A DNA stretch of 63,263 nt, the filler included, from Atractiella rhizophila (lineage: Eukaryota): the NCBI GenBank assembly GCA_021432655.1. It is 4 parts of 4 records of this genome, joined end to end, with 100 filler letters (N's around TTAATTAATTAA, not from the genome) between each part and the next. Parts side by side here need not be neighbours in the genome. Positions count along the whole stretch, not along the records: positions 20,100 to 40,063 come from MU271843.1; positions 40,164 to 60,096 come from MU271844.1; 2 more parts are not named here. One strand, given 5' to 3'. A program made the translations under genes and the position numbers. Each line of letters starts with the position of its first letter. Position 1 is the stretch's first letter. This document shows positions 37,940 to 48,686 of the stretch, in pieces. The notes under the pieces are model-generated. The model saw nothing but the letters and a program-made list of their open reading frames with translations. It was not told the origin of the DNA and ran no database searches.

Positions 37940-38240
37940 CAGTTCAATATTACTCTTTATATACTCGACTCAACTATCTTCCCTGACTTTTCCCTATCAT
38001 TTTCCTTCCCTACGATTAAGATGTAAAAGTCTGATCACGCTCGGGCGATTGTTGGGTCCCACTCGTAGAACGTATCCTCATATAGAAAGCAGGCGACACC
38101 ATAGATCACATAGATTCCTCGAAAGGATCTATAGCGTCGCCATCGTACCAAATAGGGAATTGTGCGAGGTACGGTGTCAGGGAGGGGGAGATTGAATGTC
38201 TAGAAGTCGAGAAGAAATTGAATATCTTCCCCATGTGTGT
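37940..38240 (-). pseudogene. Unknown protein X, cassette copy C (diverged, frameshifted)
   Basis: Manual translation gives WGRYSISSRL..TFNLPLPDTVPRTIPY..YGVACFLYEDTFYEWDP. Confidence 0.6.
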
Positions 38241-39168
38241 CAAAGTCCTGGATGCTCTGGCTGCCTTCCTCACTTTCTTCTGACCAAGTAGTGGTGGCTT
38301 CGCGTCGTAATGGAGGGATTATTTTCCTGTGGGGATGTAAACTCTCGATTCTATGGAAACCTCAAAGCTTACCCCTTACTTTTCTGTTTGATTTGCCCTG
38401 TCTGCGTTTGAGTTCGGGTCGGACGTCCCTGTTTGAACAGAATGTTAACAAGTCACTGCGCCATACTTTAGCGCACTTGACTGGAGGTTTCTACAGACTT
38501 TTTGGACTGGTTGTTCACACCTGGATAGTAGATCATGATCTCTCCTGTGCTGCGACGCTTCGTCCTTTGCCAGCTTTCAATGTTTTATCTCACTATCTTG
38601 AACCCAGATGTCTTTGTCTAAAAAGCCTTTTGTTACCTAGTTACGACCCAAAGTTCCCTTGTATCAAGTGCCTTCTAGCGTTATTGTCCATACAGGTAGG
38701 TTTCCTTAAGATTTCTGAGTTAACCCATACCTTATAAATCCTATCTTGTTTGACCTTTGTACAAATAATGTATACTCTCCTTTTGTAAATGACTTTGGCA
38801 GCATATGCTGCAGGATGCGATTGGACTCGATCGAACCTCACTAGCCCCAAAAACTCAAACCATTAACATTCGCTGAACTTGAGCAATGAACAAATCCATT
38901 CAGCATCAATTGTTTTTTTATGACAATCCTCACCGTTAATTCCATCCTGCAAGAACCAGTAAGTGTGATCGAACTATCTCAGATTATCTCAGGTAAGCCG
39001 TGCCATCCTGACATAAGACCAAGACACCAACGACAAATAATGACTAAATCACAGATGCACGACCTAAGGAGTGAACGGTAACTAAATTATGCAAGTAGTC
39101 ACAGCGCGACAGTGAGGTATACACACAACACACACTCCATTATCTCACAACCTAGCCAAAATAACCCA

Positions 39169-40063
39169 TTACTTCCTCTTCTTCTTCCCGCCTCCTCCCG
39201 CGCTCGATCCAGCAGCCTCACTCTTCTTCGCCCACTCATTCTTCTTACCCTCGGTGACCGCGCTGCTGCTTCCCCATGCTGGTGCCGCCTCCTTCTTTTT
39301 CGGTTGCTCCCACCTCGCTGGCGGTTTCGGACCTTTTCCAGGACGGTGCATCAGGCCCACGAGCATGTTCGCGAAAGCGCCGGAGCCGATGAGGAGGAGC
39401 CAGTTGGGGATGCGGTCAGTGTAGAGGTGGAAGAAAGAAAAGAAGCGTCCAATGGGAGGCAGGATGAAGGCACTATTCGAATTTCCATAAGCGACATAAA
39501 ATGCTCGACAGAAGACAAGTACTAAGGTCCATCGGGAGAGAACCATCCGTTCTTCCATGGCGCAATATACTTCCAGTACTCATCCTTGAGGAAGTCGTGC
39601 AAGTCTGTAGCATTGGGCCTGATCGTTCCCAACCGCAAGAAGCGAAGCTCGAGGTCGGCCATCCGCGCCGGCGAAGGAGCGTCTTCGGGAAGGTGCGAGA
39701 AGACGATGAGTGGCGGTCTGCATTCACCGAATAAGAATAAGTACAACGTAAACATTTTGGGAAGGAAATGCGTACTTTGGAATCATGAAGACGGTAGTGA
39801 GAACGTCCACCTTGAGATAATCCACACGACCAAACCGATAGTAATCCGCTAAATCCCCTCCTGCCATCGACGAGTTGTTCTCCGCCACCGAGAGAACTGC
39901 TTCGCTGAACATGCTGGTGGAATCGCCGTGTCTAGGGGACTTCGCATAGCTTCCCATGCCAAAAGACAGAGCATTACACCGTAATCCCATCTAAGCAGAG
40001 CAGACAAGTGAAAAGCTCACACGTCGATAACCCACACAATTCCCCTCGCACTTTCAGAAAGTA
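39169..40063 (-). CDS. Conserved fungal membrane protein, possibly thioredoxin-like fold, Lys-rich C-terminus; 5' end cut by linker
   Basis: Exons joinable by short introns: ..YRFGRVDYLKVDVLTTVFMIPK/PPLIVFS..LELRFLR..YIAPWKNGWFSPDG..IPNWLLLIGSGAFANMLVGLMH..KKKRK*. Confidence 0.6.
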
Positions 40064-40163
40064 NNNNNNNNNNNNNNNNNNNNNNNNNNNNNNNNNNNNN
40101 NNNNNNNTTAATTAATTAANNNNNNNNNNNNNNNNNNNNNNNNNNNNNNNNNNNNNNNNNNNN
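40064..40163. other. Artificial contig linker
   Basis: N44-TTAATTAATTAA-N44. Confidence 0.98.
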
Positions 40164-40956
40164 ATAGGCAATGGAGCGGTCAGTTGGAGCAGCAAACTAC
40201 AATCCCTCGTTGCCCTTTCCACAACCGAAGCAGAATATGTCTCAGGAGTCTCAGCTGGCCAAGAAGTCGTCTGGCTAAGGAATCTTTTAGAAGAAATTGG
40301 CTTCGCTCCTCAAGGTCCTACTCCCCTCTTCACAGACAGTAGCAGCGCTCTCCAGGTATCCAAGAACCCTGAGCACCATGGTCAAATGAAACACCTGGAC
40401 CTTCGCTTTTATTGGCTCAGAGATGTTGTTGAGATGGGCAAGATTGTCCAGTCTTCTGTCCGGGTGGCGATATGCCAGCAGACCTCCTCACCAAGGCACT
40501 TCCAGTAGCTAGCGTGGATAAGTTTCGACTTATGATGGGTTTGTGCCCCTACCCAAATGTATGAGGCAGTTATGGGCGCAATAAAAAATCCTTTCCTCCT
40601 CTGTGGGGTTATAAGACGCCGCTTTAAGCGGTACGAGGACTTTTCCCCTTCTTTTCATTGCAAAACTAATATGCTTTCTGCTTTATATTGGCCATACATT
40701 GTACGAATTTGGTGGGAGATTCTCTGGATTTGGTGGAAGAATCAAGAGACAGCTGCCCAGGTGGGAGTGTTAGTTGTAGTGTGTCATCTGCCTCTTATTA
40801 CTCTTATGACTCATATGAGTCATCACTATGTAGTTTAGTTCTGCCTAGGATGTCGGTGCTCATTATTGACCACAAACTACTCCTGGGTATGTCTCTGTAT
40901 ACTTCTCTAATGTCTCATTATTGACCACCAACTACTCCTAGCCTTAGATCCTTACA
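40164..40956 (+). mobile_element. 3' end of Ty1/copia element: RNase H, 3' UTR, PPT, LTR type A (40768-40956)
   Basis: AVSWSSKLQ..STTEAEY..MKHLDLRFYWLR..ADLLTKAL; purine tract (AGGTGGGAG) followed by TGTTAG...CCTTACA. Confidence 0.92.
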
Positions 40957-41483
40957 TTATTCTGTCTATCTCCCACCTGATCTTGGCGCTCCTTCCATTG
41001 ATCAAGTGGTCCCTGTGGCTCTTCCAACCTCCTTCCTCACCTTGTGGAGCATCTCTCTCGCATCAAATCTGGCAACATCCGGAGTGTAGACCTTCTTTCC
41101 AACAGGATCCCAGAACTCCCACCCTTTCACTTTAAGGGAATAGCTTGTGAATGCACATTTTCGAGTATGAGATCTGTGGCCTTTCATCCTTCTGGACTTG
41201 AACGTGGGCAGTGGATCCAATAATTCTGAATCTGGAGATGTTTGGAGTCAGTCCAGTGAGTTTTGTGTGTGAATATCATGGTTGACCAAAGCTGAGGGAG
41301 GTCTGTTGCAAATTGTAGACAACTGCTGAACCAATGGATGGCCAGAGAGGCGACCATGGTCTCCTAAATTGACCTATTAGCTCATGCTGCTCTGCCATTG
41401 TAGTGAGGAGAGTTCCTGATTGTCTGTTCCTGTTAGATGCCACAGTCCTTGGGATATCAATTGAATTCTGTAGAAGAATAAGT
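40957..41483 (-). mobile_element. Degenerate copia integrase C-terminal fragment (host for flanking insertions)
   Basis: Colinear with 44558-45120 (KGWEFWDPVGKKVY), with deletions and many transitions. Confidence 0.85.
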
Positions 41484-41748
41484 TGCTGGATTTAGCCAAT
41501 TGCACTAAACTGACCAGTCATTCCTAACAATGCAGATTAACCCTTTATACCCAAGGTTCAACACCCTTCCCTAATCTGTACTGTCTGCAACCACTTTCTC
41601 TGCCACAACCATTTCCTTCCATCATTTATAGTGGGGAAGAGCGCCCACTCAACAGCTTTTATAGTGGTTTTGCCCCACTCTCACAATATGGCTAAAGTGC
41701 TCAGACAGGGGTTCGAACCCGGACATGCAGGGTCAGCTCTCGCTACCA
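41484..41748 (-). mobile_element. Non-coding mini-retroelement body: PBS, ~170-bp internal region, PPT, 80-bp LTR type B (41484-41563)
   Basis: On the minus strand, TGGTAGCGAGAGC (41748-41736) directly follows LTR-A; AGGGAAGGG directly precedes TGTTGAACC...CCAGCA. Confidence 0.75.
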
Positions 41749-42177
41749 TGTAAGGATCTAAGGCTAGGAGTGGTTGGTGGTCAATAATGAGCACATAAGA
41801 GAAGTATAGAGAGACATACCTAGGAGTGGTTGGTGGTCAATAATGAGCACCAACACTCCTAGGCAGAACTAAACTACATAGTGATGACTCATATGAGTCA
41901 TAAGAGTCATAAGAAACAGATGACCAAAACAACACACTACAACTAACACTCCCACCTGGGCAGCTGTCTCTTGATGCTCCCACCAAATCCAGAGAATCTC
42001 CCACCAAATTCGTACAATGTATGGCCAATATAAAGCAGAAAGCATATTAGTTTTGCAATGAAAAGAAGGGGAAAAGTCCTCGTACCGCTTAAAGCGGCGT
42101 CTTATAACCCCACAGAGGAGGAAAGGATTTTTTATTGTGCCTCATAACTGCCTCATACACTTGGGTAGGGGCACAAA

Positions 42178-42257
42178 TGCTAGATTTAGCCAATTGCACT
42201 AAAATGACCAGTCATTCCCAACAGTGCAGATTAACCCTTTATACCCAAGGTTCAACA
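42178..42257 (-). mobile_element. Solo 80-bp LTR type B inserted at the end of RNase H
   Basis: TG...CA ends and near-identity to 41484-41563. Flanks ACAAA/GCAAA are a 4/5 TSD, and the empty site is visible in the paralog at ~40540. Confidence 0.85.
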
Positions 42258-44390
42258 GCAAACCCATCATAAGTCGAAACTTATCCATGCTAGCTACTGG
42301 AAGTGCCTTGGTGAGGAGGTCTGCTGGCATATTGACACCTGGACAGAAGACTGGACTGATCTTGCCCATCTCAACAACATCTCTGAGCCAATAAAAGCGA
42401 AGGTCCAGGTGTTTCATTCGACCATGGTGCTCAGGGTTCTCGGATACCTGGAGAGCGCTGCTGCTATCTGTGAAGAGAGCTGTAGGACCTTGAGGAACGA
42501 AGCCAATCTCTTCTAAAAGATTCCTTAGCCAGACGACTTCTTGGCCAGCTGAGACTCCTGAGACATATTTCGCTTCCGTGGTAGAAAGACCAACGAGGGA
42601 TTGTAGTTTGCTGCTCCAACTGACTGCTCCGTTGCCTATCTTGAGGAGATGACCTCCGTTAGAACATGCAGTATCCTTGCACCCAGCAAAATCTGCATTG
42701 CAGAAGGCGTGAAAAGGTTGGTTGAGGTTGAAACCAGCTGCAGAATACTCAATTCCTAAGTTCTGAGTGCCTTTGAGGCATCGTAGAAGATGCTTCACCG
42801 CTTCCCAGTGCTTCTTTCCAGGATTAGAGAGGTACTTTCCAAGTACGGAGACTGCATGAGCGATATCTGGACGAGTGGAGATGGCCAAGTACATCATGGA
42901 GCCAACAACGTTGCTGTAAGGGATGGTGCGCACTTCTTCCTGTTCTTCCTTTGTCTGGGGCAGTCCTGCTTGCTGAGACCGTGTCCAACGTTGAGAGGAG
43001 TGAGGACAGGGTTGCAATCGTCCATCTGTTGGCGTTCTAGGAGGTCCTTAACATACTGTTCTTGATCCAACCACATCATTCTTCGCTTTCTATCCCTCCT
43101 AATACGAACCCCAAGTAGGAATTCCGTTGGTCCAAGGTCTCTGAGTTTGAATCGCTTTCCTAACTCCCTCTTGAAGTGCTCCACAGCACCCTTGGATGTG
43201 CTAGCGATAGCAATGTCATCCACAAAGACTGGGACAAGTACTTTGATGTCCCCCTTCGAGTAAATCCACAGACTAGAGTCGCTCTTGATCTTCTTAAATC
43301 CCATATCAACGAGTTCCTTATCGAGTTTCTTCTGCCATTGACGTCCTCCTTGCCTTGTGCCATAGATGGCCTTGATTAACTTGAGAATGTACTCTAGAGG
43401 ACCCTGCGGATGACCTTCTGGTTGTTGTGCATAGACTTCTGCATCCATATCGCCGTTGAGGAATGCCGTAGAGATATCTACTGACTCCAACTCCATGTTC
43501 AACACACAAGCGAGCGAAAGGATCGTCCTAAGTGTCGCCCATTTGACCGTAGATGCAAAAGTGTCAAAGTAGTCAAATCCAGGGCGTTGAGAGAACCCCT
43601 TGATGACAAATCTGGCCTTGAAGCGCTCAATAGAACCATCCGACTTCTTCTTAACCGCAAACACCCATCGAGAACCAACGATTTTTGCTCCTTTAGGCGG
43701 TTTGACCAGAATCCAACTCTTGTTGTCCAAGTGAGATTGAATCTCCTTTACTGTCGCTTCATGCCATTCCTTTGCATTTGGGCTTGCCATCGCTCTTGAA
43801 TATGACTGAGGGACCTCTACTCCTGTTGCTGCACTCATGGCATGCTCTGTGACAAGCACATAGCCATATTCCATCGCCTCTGGCTCTGTGAGTATGTCAC
43901 ATTCCTTTACCAACATCCCAAGCTCATCTGCTCATCCCTCTTCGTTGCTTTGAGGTGCTTCTGGGGTCCTAAATCTGTCTACAGGTCGTTCTCTGCTCGT
44001 AGCATAAATTCTTGAAGACCTGGTGACAGGAGGTGTCCAAGCTGCTGGAGGGGGTTGATCTGGTGTTATTGGACGGATCTGGAGGGGATCTGGAGACTCT
44101 GAGAATCTAGGCATGGGAACTCCTGTCCAAGGATCTCTCTGCATGATGTACTGACAAGGAGGTGTCCTAGGGCGTTCAGGCACAAGCTGTAGCGGATCTG
44201 GAGATGGCTCTCTTTCTTCTTCTTCTTCTTCGACCTGAAGGGGCTGAAATCAATTTGGAGACTGTATTCCAAGCGGTCTGGGTTGTTCCTGAGGTGTAGG
44301 AGGTGCTCCTGGCTGTTGAATGCGTCCATCTTCTTCTTCGTCATCGTCGTCTAGCGAAATCCTGGCTGGAGGAGCAGCTGGAGCACTATT

Positions 44391-44557
44391 TGAGAGAATC
44401 TGATGCTGGATGGAGCTAGGGGACAGAGATTGGTGGTCAAAGATGATGACCGCCTAAACTGCCCCCTAGGGGGGCTAAAACTCCGAAATGAAGCAAACAC
44501 AACAAAGGTGGCTGACCACACAACACAAGACCACAAAATATAACACCTAATCCAACA
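44391..44557 (-). mobile_element. Solo 167-bp LTR type C with perfect 5-bp TSD
   Basis: CTATT at 44386-44390 and 44558-44562, TG...CA ends, and a second copy at 47383-47548. Confidence 0.92.
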
Positions 44558-45829
44558 CTATTCTGTCTATCACCCGCCTGATCCTGACGCTCCTTCCACT
44601 CATCAAGTGGTCCCTGTGGCTCTTCCAACGTAATCTTCTCCTTCCTCACCTTGCAGAGCATCTCTCTCTCATCAAATCTGGCAACATCTCAAACGTAGAC
44701 CTTCTTTCCAACAGGATCCCAGAACTCCCACCCTTTCGCTGCAAGGGAATAGCCTATAAATGCGCATTTTCGAGTATGAGATCCTAAGCTGTGTGGCCTT
44801 TCATCCTTCTGAACTTGAACGTAGGCAGTACATCCAATGATTCTGAACCTTGAGATGGTTGGAGTAAGTCCAGTGAGTTTCGTGTGGGGAATAGCATGAT
44901 TGATCGAAGCTGAGGGAGACCTGTTGTGAATGTGGACAACCGCTGAAGCGATAGACAAACAGAGAAAGAGGGGAAGTCCAGATTCTTCAAACATGGCAAC
45001 CATAGTCTCCTGAATCGTCCTATTGGCTCGTTCTGCTCTGCCGTTCTGATGAGGAGAATGCCTGATAGTCTGTTCACGCTGGATACCACAGGCCTTGAGG
45101 TATTGATCAAATTCCTTGGAGGAATAAGCGCCTTCCTTGTCCTCTCTAAACTTCTTGATCTTCTTCCCAGTGACATTCTCTGCCCAATTCTTGAAGGTCT
45201 TGAAGAGAGTTCTGGGGCCTCTGATTTCTTCTTAAGGAAGGCAATTGTGCAATGATTTGTTGCTTCGTCAATGAAGGTGACCCAATATCGATACCCTTCT
45301 CTGGAAGTGACTGGAAGAGGTCCATGTAGGTCTGAGCTGATTCTACCCAATATCTCCTTCTCCCTAGTTGTTGCTGACTTGTTGAAGACCCTGTGCTGCT
45401 TCCCAGCTAGCCATGGCTCGCAAATAGGGTCTGGATCATCCTCCAAGTCCAAAATCATCCCATTCACAAGCTCCTTCCTCTTCAGACGCTTGATATCCTC
45501 ATAATTAAGATGTCCAAGTCTTCTGTGCCATAGAGGAGCATCCATAGGCAGTGTAGAGGCATTTCCAGCAAATTCTGGAGCAGGAAGGGTGTTCCCATCA
45601 AGTATTTCAGCCATGCTTCCATTCTAGTCCACGGTGGCAGTAAGACATAGTTTTTAATATGGGCAGAAGAGAACCTTGCTGTGCTGGATGGAGACCCTCA
45701 TTCCCCTGTGGATGGTGTGCTTGAAGACTGACAGGAGGTTGCTGCAGAGCTTGAGGACATGTTGGACATCTGAAATGGTGACGGTTATGGTCTTCTTCCC
45801 CCCCAACTTGGCTTCAAAGAAAGTATTGA

Positions 45830-46100
45830 GTAAATCAACACACTGGAGTCACTAATGATCTCCTTAAAACCCATATCGACAGATTTCTTATTGAGTTTCT
45901 TTTGCCACCAACACACTTCTTGTACCATAAATACCTAGCCTGAGATCATACTTTCAAGGATCCTGTAGATAGTCTTGAGTCAGACTCCATGCACTGCTTG
46001 ATATTCAGGAAAAAAGCTGCTTCGCAATACTCATGTGGAAACACTACATTGGTGGTATGAACTACTACATCAATCCTATCCAAAATCCAGTCGGGAACCA
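45830..46100 (-). mobile_element. Highly decayed copia RT fragment
   Basis: 45845-45910 resembles 43270-43340 (the KKLDKELVDMGFKKI region). Confidence 0.5.
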
Positions 46101-46248
46101 CTTGTATGGAGGGAACCAGTCGAAATCTGACCAGACCATTTCAATGCAAATATCTCAACCATAACAGCTGTTATGGCCTTAGAGTAAATGTAAATCCAGA
46201 TAGTTGTAGCAAAAGATTTGTCTATGTCATTTTTTGGTGGGTTTTCAT

Positions 46249-47045
46249 CTGTTTTTCAACATTACATGTAACTATCTTTACAAGTCCATATCTTGTCACA
46301 TATACACTATTGAGCTGTATGGAGGTTCAGGGAGGTTCAATAGGACCTTTGTCCATTTCGGGTGGTGGAACATGCAGTGATTACCCACTGCGCATGACAA
46401 CTGTCCACCTCAGCCTACCCATGTCGTACCAACCCCTCTTCTCAGTCAGCAGCTTCTCAAACTGTTTAGAAGATAATAGACAGCTCCCAGACTCTTTGCA
46501 AGCGTTTTGCAGGTCTAGTGACTTTCTGTTCCGACCCCCTGCTCCTCTCCGGTCCTGTCCCTCCTCCTCCTTTCCTTTTCTCTCTCTCTGCCCCTTAAGT
46601 GTGCTAATGGCCTATAAAGGGTCTAGTGATGTTTGTGAACAAAACCATGTGGATCAAAGCATAAAGCGGATAAAAATGCTTTCCTCCTCTGTGGGGTTAT
46701 AAGACGCCGCTGTAAGCGGTACGAGGACTTTCCCCCTTCTTTTCATTGCAAAACTAAGATTCTTTCTGCTTTATGTTGGGTATACATTGTACGAATTTGG
46801 TGGGAGATTCTCTGGATGTGGTGGGAGCGTCAAGAGACAGCTGCCCAGGTGGGAGTGCTAGTCGTAGTGTGTTGTGTTGGTCATCTGCCTCTTATGACTT
46901 ATATGAGTCATCACTATGTAGTTTAGTTCTGCCTAGGAGTGTTGGTGCTCATTATTGACCACCAACTACTCCTAGGTATATCTCTCTATACTTCTCTAAT
47001 GTCTCAGTATTGACCACCAACTACTCCTAGCCTTAGATCCTTACA
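46249..47045 (+). mobile_element. Non-autonomous derivative: ~420-bp non-coding unit U, copia 3' UTR, PPT, LTR type A (46856-47045)
   Basis: 46249-46669 is repeated at 47676-48092; 46670-47045 matches 40580-40956. Confidence 0.8.
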
Positions 47046-47382
47046 CCTCCCCCTGTCACCAGGCCTTCAAGAATTTATTCTACGAGTAGAGGACATCCTG
47101 TCGACAGATTTAGGACCCCAGAAGCCCCTCAAAACAACGACGAAGGGTCAACAGACGAGCTTGCGATGTTGGTAAAGGAATGTGACATACTCACCGAGCC
47201 AGAGGCGATGGAATATGGCTATATGCTTGTCACAGAACATGCCATGAGTGCAGCAACAGGAGTAGAGGTCCCTCAGTCATATTCAAGAGCGATGGCAAGC
47301 CCTAATGCGAAGGAATGGCATGAAGCGACAGTGAAGGAGATTCAATCTCACTTGGACAACAAGAGTTGGATTCTGGTCAAAC
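47046..47382 (+). mobile_element. Copia fragment (integrase-RT spacer and RT start)
   Basis: Reverse complement of ~43700-44035 (MLVKECDILTEPEAMEYG...SWILVK). Confidence 0.88.
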
Positions 47383-48092
47383 TGTTGGATTAGGTGTTAT
47401 ATTTCATGGTCTTGTGTTGTGTGGTCAGCCACCTTTGTTGTGTTTGCTCACTTTGTGGTTTTAGCCCCCTAGGGGGGCAGTCCAGGTGGTCATCATCTTT
47501 GACCACCAATTCCTGTCCCCTAGCTCCATCCAGCATCAGATTCCCTCATGGTAGCGAGAGAGATGGCTAGGGATTGACAGATCAGTTTTGCCACCCACTT
47601 GGTTGAAAATTTGATCACTCAGCCATCCATTGTCCAATCGGTTTGAAAAAGGAAAGTGAAATTTTGATTACCCCCCTGTTTTTCAGCATTACATGTAACT
47701 ATCTTTACAAGTCCATATCTTGTCACATATGCACTATTGAGCTGTATGGAGGTTCAGGGAGGTTCAATAGGACCTTTGTCCATTTCGGGTGGTGGAACAT
47801 GCAGTGATTACCCACTGCGCATGACAACTGTCCACCTCAGCCATGTCGTACCAACCCCTCTTCTTGGTCAGCAGCTTCTCAAACTGTTTGGAAGATAATA
47901 GACGGCTCTCAGACTCTTTGCAAGTGTTTTGCAGGTCTAGTGACTTTCTGTGCCGACCCCCTGCTCCTCTCCGGTCCTGTCCCTCCACCTCCTTTCCTTT
48001 TCTCTCTCTCTGCCCCTTAAGTGTGCTAATGGCCTATAAAGGGTCTAGTGATGTCTGTGAACAAAACCCATGTGGATCAAAGCATAAAGCGG
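47383..48092 (+). mobile_element. LTR type C, PBS (47549-47560), spacer and unit U
   Basis: TGTTGG...CCCTCA is directly followed by TGGTAGCGAGAG; the second U copy is at 47676-48092. Confidence 0.8.
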
Positions 48093-48686
48093 TCGTTGTT
48101 CAGAAAGACAGAACAAGCGGAGCTGACCCATTACTTGCACCTTACAGGAGAGGTAGAAGATTACCTCATGGGCTTGCTAGAATTTGAGAGAGTCCAGTGG
48201 TCAGCGAGTTACAAGGTGAATTAGCACAGATCCTAATAAGACAGATCAATACAGACAATGTAGAGGGCATTCATAACCTCGTCAAATACAACCCCAAAGA
48301 GAAGTTAGGTATGTTAAACCAGGACAACATGATCAGGGACACGGCGGAGTACTGTAACGTGGTTTGTGGAGCTTCCAGATTGCACCATGATATGGATCCA
48401 GATGCTGCCAACATATTAAACGGGCAACTTCAAGATAACGGCACTCCCAATTTTTGACAACGAGCTTACCAAAAGACAGTGCCCAACTCAACGCTCGGGC
48501 AGGCAAATTCGAAGACATGCTCAAGCGAAGATCGGGGGTTCAAAATTCCGGTAGATCGTATCCTTACAATGCTTTCCGATTCACACAGGTGGATAGCCAC
48601 TTTCCAGTCAGAGAGAAATGCTTGGAATCCTACACGTCGACACATCACTAAGCACCACCCAATGAGAATAGTGGAATGTCCAGTCG

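Larger units (their letters stand above)
41749..45825 (-). mobile_element. Ty1/copia retrotransposon, 5'-truncated and frameshifted pol (protease remnant, GAG-pre-integrase, integrase, RT, RNase H), 3' LTR type A at 41749-41948
   Basis: LWHRRLGH, SDLHGP..YWVTFIDE, WVFAVK..KARFVIKGFSQRPGFDY, VDISTAFLNG, VFVDD, TRPDIAHAV, ADLLTKAL. The domain order INT-RT-RH indicates copia. Confidence 0.96.

Noticed and set aside
38237..38850. ORFs 38237-38737 (+) and 38641-38850 (-)
   Set aside because: No motifs or splice structure that I can support.
41690..41748. Possible tRNA gene (B-box, ends in CCA on the plus strand)
   Set aside because: No cloverleaf could be folded; the terminal CCA is the complement of a retroelement PBS.
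46249..46669. Possible hammerhead ribozyme (retrozyme) in unit U, and ORF 46106-46702
   Set aside because: No CUGANGA core was found by eye on either strand, and the ORF has an indel relative to the second copy and no recognisable motif.
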